From: Acidobacteriota bacterium | Lineage (GTDB): Bacteria > Acidobacteriota > Blastocatellia > Pyrinomonadales > Pyrinomonadaceae | Reading direction: 5' to 3' | NCBI GenBank assembly: GCA_016700175.1 | Contig: CP065003.1 | Coordinates: 1,805,238-1,869,237, forward strand | DNA length: 64,000 nt | Shown: piece by piece, positions 1 to 8,918 of the stretch | Numbering within the stretch: the first letter of the stretch is position 1 | Layout: each line of letters begins with the position of its first letter | The notes under the pieces: generated by a model | Seen by the model: only the letters and a program-made list of their open reading frames with translations | Database searches by the model: none | Told to the model about the DNA's origin: nothing | Position numbers and translations under genes: made by a program

Positions 1-98
1 TGGCTCCCTGTGTGATTCGAGTTGCTGAATGATACCTCACTCTCTGTCTCCTAATCTCACAACTTCACGACTCCCGATTCACGACTTCACGAAAAGAC

Positions 99-137
99 TC
101 CCGCAAAGACGCTAAGTCGCAAAGGACCGCAAAGAAG
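99..137. repeat. CGCAAAG-word element arm at the window edge
   Basis: TCCCGCAAAGACGCTAAGTCGCAAAGGACCGCAAAGAAG. Same word family as 18197-18230 and 37701-37965. Confidence 0.8.
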
Positions 138-172
138 ACCTCTCCACGACCGCAGTTAGACTTGACCGCGCT

Positions 173-1459
173 CTACTCGTACCTAAGCGCCTCGATCGGG
201 TCCAGTCGGCTCGCCCGGATAGCCGGCATCACACCTGCCACAAAAGCGATCGCGCACACGAGCAAAAGCACCGCCCCGAGCGCCAGAGGCCTGAACGCAA
301 ACAGGCTGAACCCCTCGAAAGACTCGAGGTAGGTCGCAGAAAGGAAAGAATTCGCCGCCGATCCGATCCCTATCGCGGACACGATCCCGAGCATCGCGCC
401 CCAGAACCCGATCAGAACGGACTCGATCGAGAACAGAAGGAACACTTTGAACCGCCCCATTCCAAGCGCTTTCTGGAGACCTATCTCCTTCGTCCTTTCC
501 ATCACGGCGATCACAAGCGTGTTGATGATCCCGAAAGAAGCCGCCAGAAGGGCGACGAGCGCGAAGACGTTCAGCCCCACCTGAAGGATGCCGATCGCGT
601 CGTAGGTCCGTTTCTCGATGTCTGCGATCCCCAGACCCACGAAACCCAGCTTGTCGAGGCGCTCTTTGGTCGTCTCCAGAAGATCCTTGTCGCCGCGCTC
701 GAGCTGGACCGTGAAATTGTTGAAATAGTTGAAGTTCGGCGTATCGCTGTTCTGTTCCGTGTAGATCGCCCTGGCGGTGTCCGTGTCCACGAACGCGTTC
801 AGGTTCGAGATCATTCCCTTTGTCGCGACACCGGCGATCTTTAGGTCCCGCGTCTTCATTTCCCTTTCCTTTCCGACGCGGTACGCAAGTGTCGCCGTCT
901 TCCCGACCAGGTTCTCGATCTTCTCGTCGAACGCCCTTGCGAGGTGAATGGGCAGAATGATCTGGTCCCGGCCGTCGAACATCTTTCCGGCCTCGAGTTT
1001 CTGTTCCACGCCCTCCGAGAGCATCCCGATCCCAACCTGGTACTTCTTCCCGCCCTCGACGGCGATGTACTCGGCGTTCACGCGGTAAGCGGGCGTGATC
1101 GAACGGACGTCCGGAAGGTTTTCCTTTAGCGTATCGATTTGATCGAGTGAAACTGCAAGGCTGTTCGGATCGATCAGATTGCCTTCGCCGTCCTCCGTAG
1201 CTTCCTTGTACTCGACAGGGGCGCTGCTGTTAGCCTGCTCTTCGAGCTCGGCGGGCAGCTTCTTTCTGACGAAAAGAATGCGCTCGCCCTCGAAGGTCTT
1301 GACCTGCATCTCGACGTAATCCCGAAGCCCGTCTCCGACGCCGTTGGTCATCACAAGCGTGAACGCGCCCACGAAGATCGCCATCACGGTAAGAAAGGTC
1401 CTGAGTTTCGCCCTGAAGAGGTTGCGGTTGGCGGTTCGTGCCAGATCCCATAATTTCAT
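173..1459 (-). CDS. ABC transporter permease, FtsX/MacB-like
   Basis: 428-aa ORF with an N-terminal TM helix, a large extracytoplasmic segment and a C-terminal FtsX-type TM bundle. Its start overlaps the stop of the upstream ATPase gene by 4 bp. Confidence 0.85.
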   Translation of the reverse strand: MKLWDLARTANRNLFRAKLRTFLTVMAIFVGAFTLVMTNGVGDGLRDYVEMQVKTFEGERILFVRKKLPAELEEQANSSAPVEYKEATEDGEGNLIDPNSLAVSLDQIDTLKENLPDVRSITPAYRVNAEYIAVEGGKKYQVGIGMLSEGVEQKLEAGKMFDGRDQIILPIHLARAFDEKIENLVGKTATLAYRVGKEREMKTRDLKIAGVATKGMISNLNAFVDTDTARAIYTEQNSDTPNFNYFNNFTVQLERGDKDLLETTKERLDKLGFVGLGIADIEKRTYDAIGILQVGLNVFALVALLAASFGIINTLVIAVMERTKEIGLQKALGMGRFKVFLLFSIESVLIGFWGAMLGIVSAIGIGSAANSFLSATYLESFEGFSLFAFRPLALGAVLLLVCAIAFVAGVMPAIRASRLDPIEALRYE

Positions 1460-2166
1460 ATCTGTTCTCCCGCCTCCCCGGCTTCGTCGTCCTCTCCGAG
1501 TTCATCCACGACCATTCCGTCCTTAAGATTGATCGTCCTTCCGCACTTCGCGGCCAGGTCCTCGTCGTGAGTGACTATCACGACCGTGATCCCCTTGTCG
1601 CGGTTCAGCGTCAGCATGAGCTCCTCTATCGTGCGGCTCGTCTTTGAGTCGAGGTTCCCCGTCGGCTCGTCGGCGAATATCACATCCGGGCCTCCGACGA
1701 GAGCGCGGGCGATACACACCCTCTGTTTCTCGCCTCCCGAGAGGTCCTTTGCCCTTTTCGCGTGCTTGTCGCCGAGTCCGACGGACTCAAGCGCGGCCAT
1801 CGCCTTCGGACGGAGATCCTTGTCCGCTGCGCCTCGGATCCTCATCGGCAATACGACGTTCTCATAAACCGTGTCCCTACCGTTCAAAAAAAACTGCTGG
1901 AACACGAAGCCGAACTTCTCGTTCCTGAGCCGGTCGCGTTCCTTCTCGGAAAGAGACAGGTACTCGCGCCCTTCGAATGAGATCCGGCCGGATGTGGGCC
2001 GGTCGAGACACGCAAGCAGGTGCATCAGCGTCGATTTGCCGCTCCCCGACTTGCCGACGATCGCGACGCTTTCGCCGCGTTCGATCCGCAGATCGATTCC
2101 CTTCAGGACCTCGTAATCGACGGCGTCGCTCGTGAATGTCCTGCGCAATTCAGAAGTTTCCAACAT
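1456..2166 (-). CDS. ABC transporter ATP-binding protein (MacB/LolD-like)
   Basis: Walker A GKSGSGKST, ABC signature LSGGEKQRVCIARAL, Walker B VIFADEPTGNLD. Confidence 0.92.
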   Translation of the reverse strand: MLETSELRRTFTSDAVDYEVLKGIDLRIERGESVAIVGKSGSGKSTLMHLLACLDRPTSGRISFEGREYLSLSEKERDRLRNEKFGFVFQQFFLNGRDTVYENVVLPMRIRGAADKDLRPKAMAALESVGLGDKHAKRAKDLSGGEKQRVCIARALVGGPDVIFADEPTGNLDSKTSRTIEELMLTLNRDKGITVVIVTHDEDLAAKCGRTINLKDGMVVDELGEDDEAGEAGEQI

Positions 2167-2319
2167 AAGTACCAGGTATGAGTGCTCAAGTAATTTGTCG
2201 GTGTTACGAATGGCCGGTTGGAATTTGTTGCAATAAATTTTCTACGAAAGTTCGGATTCGACATCCTCTCGGGCGCCGTCACTTGGGATTAGAGTCGCGG
2301 CTGATGATAGACTGCAGGG

Positions 2320-3594
2320 ATGAAGTTCCTGCACATCGCCGACGTCCATCTGGGCTGCACGAGGTATCACCTCGAAGAGAGCCAGAGAGACTTTTTCGAC
2401 GCCTGGATCGACGTTATTCAGAGATACGCCGTGGACGAAAGCGTCGATTTCGTGCTGATGTGCGGCGACTTCTTTCACAAGCGGAGCGTGCCGCCGGAAA
2501 CGATGAATTACGCGTTCGCCGGCCTCAGCCTCTTGAAAGAAAAAGGCATTCCCGTCGTATCGATCGAGGGAAACCACGACCAGAAGCACCGCGACAGCGA
2601 GTACAGCTGGCTTCGGTCGCTCGCGAACTGGGGCCTCGTTTATCTGCTCGAGCCGACGAACACCGAAGGCAGGCTCGGCTATGAGGAATGGGACGAAGAA
2701 GAGGTCAAGGGCGGGTTCGTAGACATCGGACGCGCGAGGATCTTCGGTTCCGACTGGTACGGGGCATCGGCGAACGCTGCGATCCCCCAGCTTGTACGCG
2801 AGATCGGCTCAAACCGCAGGGACGGCGCGTTTCACATCCTAATGCTCCACACCGACGTCGAGGGCCACGAAACGCACCCTATCCCGGCGCTCAGCCGCGA
2901 CAAGCTCAACGATCTGAGAGACGTGACGGATTACGTCGCGCTGGGTCACACGCACAAGTGCTTCGAGATCGACAACTGGGTCTTCAATCCCGGGTCGCTC
3001 GAGATCACGAACATCGTGGAATACTCCGAAAGGCGGGGCGCGTGGCTGGTCGAAGTCGATGAGGAGAATACCGTTTCCGCAAAACACGTAGAGGACTATG
3101 CCCAAAGGCCTTTCCAGCGGCTGATCTTCGACGTCTCAAGGATGGAAGAGCCCGATCAGGTAACCCGCGGCGTGCTGAACCTCGTCGAGACCCAGGCGCG
3201 GCCTTTCGAAGGACGAGAAGGAGAAAGGCCGCCGATCATCGAGATCACGCTGACGGGCCATCTCGGCTTCCCGAACTCGGAACTTGAACTCAAGAAGATC
3301 CGCGACAAGGCACGGGAGATCACGGACGCGCTCCACGTCCGCTTAAAGAACCACAGCGTTCCGGTCGAATACGCCGTCGCGGCCGATCTGGAGGAAGGCA
3401 TTTCGAGAGAAAAGCTCGAGCGGCGAGTGATCGAGGACCTCGTCTACCGCGACAAGCGCTTTAACAAGCGGACCGAGGCGGTCGCGGAGGCAGTCATCGG
3501 CGCCAAGAAGATGGTGATGAGCGATGATTCACCTGAGAAGATCGCCGAGTTCATCAGCATCAAGACCGAAGAGCAGACCCAGCCAGGCGGATAG
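2320..3594 (+). CDS. SbcD/Mre11-family metallophosphoesterase (DNA repair exonuclease-like)
   Basis: Calcineurin-like phosphoesterase motifs MKFLHIADVHLG, GDFFH, GNHD, GHTH, plus a 150-aa charged C-terminal extension. Confidence 0.8.
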   Translation: MKFLHIADVHLGCTRYHLEESQRDFFDAWIDVIQRYAVDESVDFVLMCGDFFHKRSVPPETMNYAFAGLSLLKEKGIPVVSIEGNHDQKHRDSEYSWLRSLANWGLVYLLEPTNTEGRLGYEEWDEEEVKGGFVDIGRARIFGSDWYGASANAAIPQLVREIGSNRRDGAFHILMLHTDVEGHETHPIPALSRDKLNDLRDVTDYVALGHTHKCFEIDNWVFNPGSLEITNIVEYSERRGAWLVEVDEENTVSAKHVEDYAQRPFQRLIFDVSRMEEPDQVTRGVLNLVETQARPFEGREGERPPIIEITLTGHLGFPNSELELKKIRDKAREITDALHVRLKNHSVPVEYAVAADLEEGISREKLERRVIEDLVYRDKRFNKRTEAVAEAVIGAKKMVMSDDSPEKIAEFISIKTEEQTQPGG

Positions 3595-3600
3595 CGAAAA

Positions 3601-4302
3601 ATGTCCGAAGAATCGAAAAAAGTACTTGGGATCAGGCACTTGCCAATCTTTCCGCTTCCGCTCGTCCTGATGCCGTTCGAGATCCTTCCGCTTCACATCT
3701 TCGAGGACAAATACAGGAAGATGCTCGAAGACATCGCGGTGTCGAAGAACATGTTCGGCGTTTCCCTGTTCGAGCCGGAAGAGCAGGGACCCGATCGGCC
3801 CGCGGCGGGATCGACCGGCTGCGTTGCCGAGATCCGCGAATCGCATCTTCTCGAGGACGGCAGGTCGAACATCCTCACGACAGGCGTGATCCGGTACAGG
3901 ATCGAGAATTACGTCTCGTCTCCGGACCCATACCTTGTCGCAGAAGTGGAATTCTTCGAGGACGTCGACGAGCCTGAAACGGAGATCGAGCCTCTCGCTG
4001 ACGAGGTATTCGGCCTGTTCAAGAGGGTCGCCCAAGCCGCGCACAAGATCAGCGGCCAGCAGGGCGATTTCCCGGAGATCCCTCAGGCCGAGCCCGAACA
4101 GCTCTCTTTCCTTGTATCGGCAGCATTCAATCTCGACAACGAGGTAAAGTACCGAATGCTGGAAATGCGAAAGACGTCCGAGAGGCTTTCGCACCTCCGG
4201 GACGTCCTTTCGCGTTCAGTTGATCAGGTTGAGGAAACGGCGAAGATCAACAAGGTTTCGCGCACTAACGGCCACGTCAAGAAGAAGATCGATATCGACT
4301 AA
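3601..4302 (+). CDS. LON N-terminal (substrate-binding) domain protein
   Basis: LPIFPLPLVLMPFEILPLHIFEDKYRKML is typical of stand-alone Lon N-domain proteins. The gene starts 6 nt after the SbcD-like stop. Confidence 0.8.
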   Translation: MSEESKKVLGIRHLPIFPLPLVLMPFEILPLHIFEDKYRKMLEDIAVSKNMFGVSLFEPEEQGPDRPAAGSTGCVAEIRESHLLEDGRSNILTTGVIRYRIENYVSSPDPYLVAEVEFFEDVDEPETEIEPLADEVFGLFKRVAQAAHKISGQQGDFPEIPQAEPEQLSFLVSAAFNLDNEVKYRMLEMRKTSERLSHLRDVLSRSVDQVEETAKINKVSRTNGHVKKKIDID

Positions 4303-4304
4303 GG

Positions 4305-5342
4305 CTATTTTCCGCTGCCGTCGACGATCTTCGGTTCAACCACTTCCACGGGTTCCGGCGGAAGCATGTCCAGTGAAGGCGGCGTTTTCAGGTTCTCCTG
4401 GAAGAAGTAGATCACTTTTTGATCGTAAGAGTCCGCCTTGTCCGGCGATACGTTGACGAGATCAACGCCGGACGCAGCGAGGTCGGTGAAAGATTGGACC
4501 TGTGTGTCTGACGGGAAACATCCCGCGAGCGATTCGGTCGACTGCTTCAACCCCGGCACGTCCTGGCCCGATAGAAGAAGCGCCTTGCGGTCGCGTATCG
4601 TCTTCGCAAGTTCGCAAACGGACTGGCGCTGATAACATCCCCTCGCGTAGTAGATGTAGGTCGCTCCTTTTGCCATTCCCGCCGTCACCGAACTGAGGAA
4701 CGGATACCTTTTCGCTATCACGGTGTCGATCAGATCGTCCGATTGCTGCGGCACAGAGTCGATAACGACCGAGCGTACGCTCTGATCCCTCGCAGCCGTG
4801 GCCAATGCCGCGATCCCTCCCATCTCGACTCCGTAGATGCCGATCTCCTCGCCGACAAGATTGTCGCGGCTCGCGTCCCGGAGTCCTCTCAGGTAGTCGA
4901 TCGCCGCGAGCGTGTCATCGACCTCGCATCCTCCGAACGATGTCGACGCGACCGGCGGATCCTGGCCGTGTCCCCTCTGGTCGGGCATTAGCACGGTGAA
5001 GTCCGTTGCTTCGCTTAGCTTGACTCCGAGATTGAGCACGTAAGACCTGTCGCCTCCGTATTTATGGAGCAGGATGACGGCCGGATAGTTCTTCTTGCCG
5101 CGGAGAAGCCAACCGCGCGCGGTCGAACCGTCGCGGTTCTTCCACGTCTCGCTCGTAACCTGTGCGGCGTGTGCGCTGAGCCTTCCGTACACTTCCGGCG
5201 TGACCAGATAGGTGTTGCGCGGAGGCGTGGACGTCGAGTGGACGAGCCAGATAGAAGCTCCCATCAGCATAACGACGACGGAGACGACAACGGGCAAAAG
5301 CAAACGGACGATGCTCTTCAAGAGTCGGTTAACTTTATACAT
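4305..5342 (-). CDS. alpha/beta-hydrolase fold protein, membrane-anchored
   Basis: N-terminal TM helix. The nucleophile-elbow region reads GIYGVEMGG (Glu where Ser is expected). Overall layout is dienelactone hydrolase/peptidase S9-like. Confidence 0.7.
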   Translation of the reverse strand: MYKVNRLLKSIVRLLLPVVVSVVVMLMGASIWLVHSTSTPPRNTYLVTPEVYGRLSAHAAQVTSETWKNRDGSTARGWLLRGKKNYPAVILLHKYGGDRSYVLNLGVKLSEATDFTVLMPDQRGHGQDPPVASTSFGGCEVDDTLAAIDYLRGLRDASRDNLVGEEIGIYGVEMGGIAALATAARDQSVRSVVIDSVPQQSDDLIDTVIAKRYPFLSSVTAGMAKGATYIYYARGCYQRQSVCELAKTIRDRKALLLSGQDVPGLKQSTESLAGCFPSDTQVQSFTDLAASGVDLVNVSPDKADSYDQKVIYFFQENLKTPPSLDMLPPEPVEVVEPKIVDGSGK

Positions 5343-5511
5343 ATCGGTAGTTTCGGGTTTGCTCCGGCAGGGTGGGATCTGCTTCAGGGCGAGCGAACAA
5401 CTTGTGCCTGATTCGGCGGGTCTTAGTCTGAAAGCCCCGGGAAAAGAGCTTTCGGCAAGCCAACTAAAATGGTACCATAACCGCAGTCCGCAAAGGAAGG
5501 CTTAAGATCTT

Positions 5512-7386
5512 ATGAGAATTACCGTACCCGCCTTTTTCCTCGCTCTTGTTCTTTTCGTTCCGACAGTTTTCGCACAGGATTCAGTGTCATCCGGAATGTC
5601 CTCGGCAGCTTCGAAGCCGTCGGGCGAGAAGTATTTCCCGCTTGGCGAGCTTAAGGAAGGTATGACCGGAAAGGCCCGGACTGTTTTCAGCGGGTCTGAA
5701 GCGACGGAGTTCGATGTCGAGATACTAGGCGTGCTTCCGGGATGGATCGGGCCAAAGCAGGACCTGATCGTCGGACGGATCTCGGGCGGCGGTGCGGACA
5801 GGACAAAGGTCTTCGCAGGAATGAGCGGCTCGCCGGTTTACATCAACGGGAAACTGGTCGGAGCGATCTCTTACGCGTTCCCTTTCTCGACCGAGGCGAT
5901 CTGCGGGATCACGCCGATCGAGCAGATGGTGTCGATCTTCGAGAATAACGACGCGGGAAAAGAAAGCGCTTCAAAACCGCGGTCCTATTCTTTCGCGGAA
6001 CTCGCCGCTTCGGAATGGAGGCCGAATCTTCCTGAGACTGCAAACCGTTTCGGCGCAGGCATTTATACCGGCGATGCATCTTCGCCTCTGGGTGTTCTTA
6101 CCAGCCAGACCTTCCGGCCGATCGCCGTGCCGGTCTCGTTCTCCGGATTCTCGCAAGCCACATTGAATGAATTTGCGCCCCAGCTTCTTAGATCCGGACT
6201 TCTTCCTGTTTCCGCTCCGGTCGGCACTCTGAGATCGAAGGAAATGAAAAAAGCCGACGAGACGACCCTTAACGGCGGCGATTCCGTGGTGATCCACCTT
6301 ACGAGCGGCGATTTTTCGATGGCGGCGAGCGGCACGGTGACGATGCGGGACGGCGATAAGATCTATGCGTTTGGCCACCCGTTCATAGGCGTCGGCGGTT
6401 CCTCGCTGCCTATGTCGGAATCGCACGTCGTTACGGTCGTGCCCAGCGTTAACAACTCCTTCAAGCTTGCCGTTCCGGATGCGATTGTCGGCTCGATGAC
6501 CCAGGACCGCGCCACAGGAGTGTACGGCAAACTTGGCGAGGCTCCCAGGATGATCCCGGTCCGTATGAACCTTCGCACGAGCCGAAACAAGCTCGAAACG
6601 CTCGAGTTCGAGATCGCGCACGACGAGACGCTTGCGCCGCTTCTTGTGAACATGGCGGTTTTCAACGCGATAATCGCGAACGAGCGTGCGCTCGGCAACA
6701 TGACGATCGAGGTCGACGGGAAGATAAGCCTGAAAGGTCACGAACCTGTCAAGATCGATGGAAGGTTCGGCGGACAGGCGGCGCTCCGGTTTGCCGCCGG
6801 CGCGGTCGTGGTGCCCGTCGGGAATCTCATTTCCGGCAGGTTTGACGATCTTCAGTTCGAAGGCATCGAGATCAATTTGACGACCGAAGAAGGCAACAAG
6901 GCCGCGGAACTGGAAAGGATCGTGGTCGACCGCACCGAGGCGAGGGCGGGCGAAACGGTTTATATTCAGGCGTTCGTGCGCGGTGATTCGGGCAAGTTAT
7001 TCACCCAGCGGATCCCGTTCACTATCCCTGCCGGCACACCCGCCGGAACTTTGACGATCGAGGTCGGAGACGGCTCGAGGCTTCAGGAAAAAGCCTCTGC
7101 AAAGAGGTTCGTCCCGGAATCGCTGGCGGATCTTATCAGCAAGATCAACGAGGTCCGCAAGAACGACCGTCTGTACGTCCAGTCTTACCGGACGACGAAG
7201 GGCGCGATCGTGGGCTCGGACGAGATGCCGAACCTTCCGCCTTCGGTCCTTGCGACGATGAACAACAACCGCACGTCCGGAGGCCACACGCCGACCGTCG
7301 AGACGCTCGTTTCGGAGATCGAGGTCGCGCCGGCGGAGTTCATAGTGACGGGTCAGCAGACGATCAAGATCGAGGTGGTGCGGTGA
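5512..7386 (+). CDS. secreted SpoIVB-like (peptidase S55) serine protease
   Basis: Signal peptide. GMSGSPVYINGKLVGAISYAF matches the catalytic-serine block of S55/SpoIVB peptidases. Confidence 0.7.
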   Translation: MRITVPAFFLALVLFVPTVFAQDSVSSGMSSAASKPSGEKYFPLGELKEGMTGKARTVFSGSEATEFDVEILGVLPGWIGPKQDLIVGRISGGGADRTKVFAGMSGSPVYINGKLVGAISYAFPFSTEAICGITPIEQMVSIFENNDAGKESASKPRSYSFAELAASEWRPNLPETANRFGAGIYTGDASSPLGVLTSQTFRPIAVPVSFSGFSQATLNEFAPQLLRSGLLPVSAPVGTLRSKEMKKADETTLNGGDSVVIHLTSGDFSMAASGTVTMRDGDKIYAFGHPFIGVGGSSLPMSESHVVTVVPSVNNSFKLAVPDAIVGSMTQDRATGVYGKLGEAPRMIPVRMNLRTSRNKLETLEFEIAHDETLAPLLVNMAVFNAIIANERALGNMTIEVDGKISLKGHEPVKIDGRFGGQAALRFAAGAVVVPVGNLISGRFDDLQFEGIEINLTTEEGNKAAELERIVVDRTEARAGETVYIQAFVRGDSGKLFTQRIPFTIPAGTPAGTLTIEVGDGSRLQEKASAKRFVPESLADLISKINEVRKNDRLYVQSYRTTKGAIVGSDEMPNLPPSVLATMNNNRTSGGHTPTVETLVSEIEVAPAEFIVTGQQTIKIEVVR

Positions 7387-7459
7387 GCTGTGAGCTGTGA
7401 GCTGTGAGCTGTGAGCTGTGAGCTGTGAGCTGTGAGCTGTGAGCTGTGAGCTGTGAGCG
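7383..7459 (+). repeat. heptamer tandem array (GTGAGCT) x10 plus 1 variant
   Basis: Counted unit by unit. The stop codon of the S55 peptidase gene (7384-7386) is inside unit 1. Confidence 0.97.
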
Positions 7460-7505
7460 AATGTAGCGATGCCCTGCGTGATGTCAAGAGCTTTCTCCTG
7501 CTTAC

Positions 7506-7568
7506 CGCTCACTGCTCACCGCTCACCGCTCACTTTTTACCGCTCACTGCTCACCGCTCACTGCGTAC
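7506..7568 (+). repeat. heptamer tandem array (YGCTCAC) x9, inverted partner of 7383-7459
   Basis: Units CGCTCAC/TGCTCAC with two degenerate units. This is the reverse complement of GTGAGCR. Confidence 0.95.
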
Positions 7569-7575
7569 TCTAGTT

Positions 7576-8121
7576 ATGAACTCCGATTTCCAACGCCTTG
7601 TTACCGCCGCTCACTACGCGGCCCACCAGCACAGGACACAGAAACGAAAGGGCCTTAATGAGGAACCCTACATTGTCCATCCGCTCGAAGTGGCGAGGCT
7701 CCTTTCAACCATCGGCGGCGTCCACGATCCGGACGTTCTGATCGCCGCGATCCTCCACGACACTATCGAAGACACAAGTGCTGAGAAAGAGGACATCCTG
7801 GAGATGTTCGGTGAGCGCGTGTGCGAGATCGTCCTCGAAGTCACCGACGACAAGTCGCTTCCCAAGGCGGAGCGCAAGAAGCTTCAGGAAGAACACGCTC
7901 CGCATCTGTCGCCAGAAGCCAAACAGCTAAAAATGTGCGACAAGATCAGCAATATCTCGGATATCCTGGAGAATCCTCCGAAAGACTGGCCGCTCGAGAG
8001 AATGATCGAGTATGTCGACTGGGGAGAGCGCGTGTTCGCCGGGCTGAGGGGTACGAACGAGGATCTCGAGCGGCACTTCGACGAGCTTGTCGAACGGGCG
8101 AGAAGGGAGCTGGGGGCGTAA
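7576..8121 (+). CDS. HD-domain hydrolase, small (p)ppGpp hydrolase (Mesh1/SpoT-HD-like)
   Basis: HPLEVARLL and LHDTIEDT motifs. The start was moved to ATG 7576 because 7453-7575 of the tracked ORF is translated heptamer array. Confidence 0.75.
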   Translation: MNSDFQRLVTAAHYAAHQHRTQKRKGLNEEPYIVHPLEVARLLSTIGGVHDPDVLIAAILHDTIEDTSAEKEDILEMFGERVCEIVLEVTDDKSLPKAERKKLQEEHAPHLSPEAKQLKMCDKISNISDILENPPKDWPLERMIEYVDWGERVFAGLRGTNEDLERHFDELVERARRELGA

Positions 8122-8129
8122 GTCGGACC

Positions 8130-8220
8130 GCGGGCGTCCCCGCCCGCATTCCTCCGCGCATCCGCGCGGCGCAAACTGGAGTTCACGGTACCTCGAGGTA
8201 CGATAGGCTTCAGCCTGTCG
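8130..8220. repeat. mosaic of hairpin modules C, B (minus orientation) and D
   Basis: GCGGGCG-TCCC-CGCCCGC (8130-8147), module B reverse copy (8154-8194), CGATAGGC-TTCA-GCCTGTCG (8201-8220). Confidence 0.9.
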
Positions 8221-8256
8221 AGGATCCCGCCCGGTCCGGCGTAACCGAACACATAA

Positions 8257-8820
8257 TTACCTTACCCTCCAACTCGAACGGCCGGTCAAATGGTCAGGAA
8301 ACAAGGAATATCCGTTGTCTCCAGTTCCCAGCAGCGAAATGCCTTTCTGAGTATCCACCAACCCACAGAATATCGAAAAGTCAGCATGATCGTGCTCCCA
8401 GTACAGATCTACCCTTGCATTCCCTTTTTCATATACCACTGCCGGAGCTAATGGTTGATCCGAGGACAGCCGCCAGCCATCTTTCTTGAGAAACTCCTCT
8501 GCGTGCTGGACGAAGTCCCTTCCATTCCCTTTCGCTTCATAGAAGTATCCGAGTGTGCTGATATTGTACAGTCCTTTGATCCCAACCAACTTCGCGTCCG
8601 CTGGTAGCGGTATTTTCCCGCAGACCTCGTCTAAATGACCGTAGAGTGGATCTTGCCGTATTTTCTTTTCAGCCAATCTCGTGCTCTCAGAATCGAATCC
8701 AGGGCTTGGGTTTACAAAATAGCAGCTAGAAACTACAACCGCCAGCGAAATCGTTACGCAAGCAATCGCCACCCGTATAGACGGGCGAATTCGGCATGTA
8801 TCAGTAATGCAAGCTCGCAT
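8257..8820 (-). CDS. hypothetical lipoprotein
   Basis: 187-aa ORF with a signal/lipobox-like N-terminus (..AVVVSSC). Visibly lower G+C than its neighbours. No recognisable domain. Confidence 0.5.
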   Translation of the reverse strand: MRACITDTCRIRPSIRVAIACVTISLAVVVSSCYFVNPSPGFDSESTRLAEKKIRQDPLYGHLDEVCGKIPLPADAKLVGIKGLYNISTLGYFYEAKGNGRDFVQHAEEFLKKDGWRLSSDQPLAPAVVYEKGNARVDLYWEHDHADFSIFCGLVDTQKGISLLGTGDNGYSLFPDHLTGRSSWRVR

Positions 8821-8918
8821 AACGATTCGCCTGTATCTCTGAAAAAAGCCGAACTATTGGGTACAAAGCCAAAGAGGAAACAGGAAAGAATGGAACACGA
8901 GAACATCCGGTTCCTCAA

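Noticed and set aside
7453-7575. 5' extensions of tracked ORFs: 7453-7575, 9624-9698, 35466-35510, 38377-38445, 40294-40512 and 59187-59219.
   Set aside because: The extensions run through repeat arrays or neighbouring genes. Internal ATGs give N-termini typical of the respective families.
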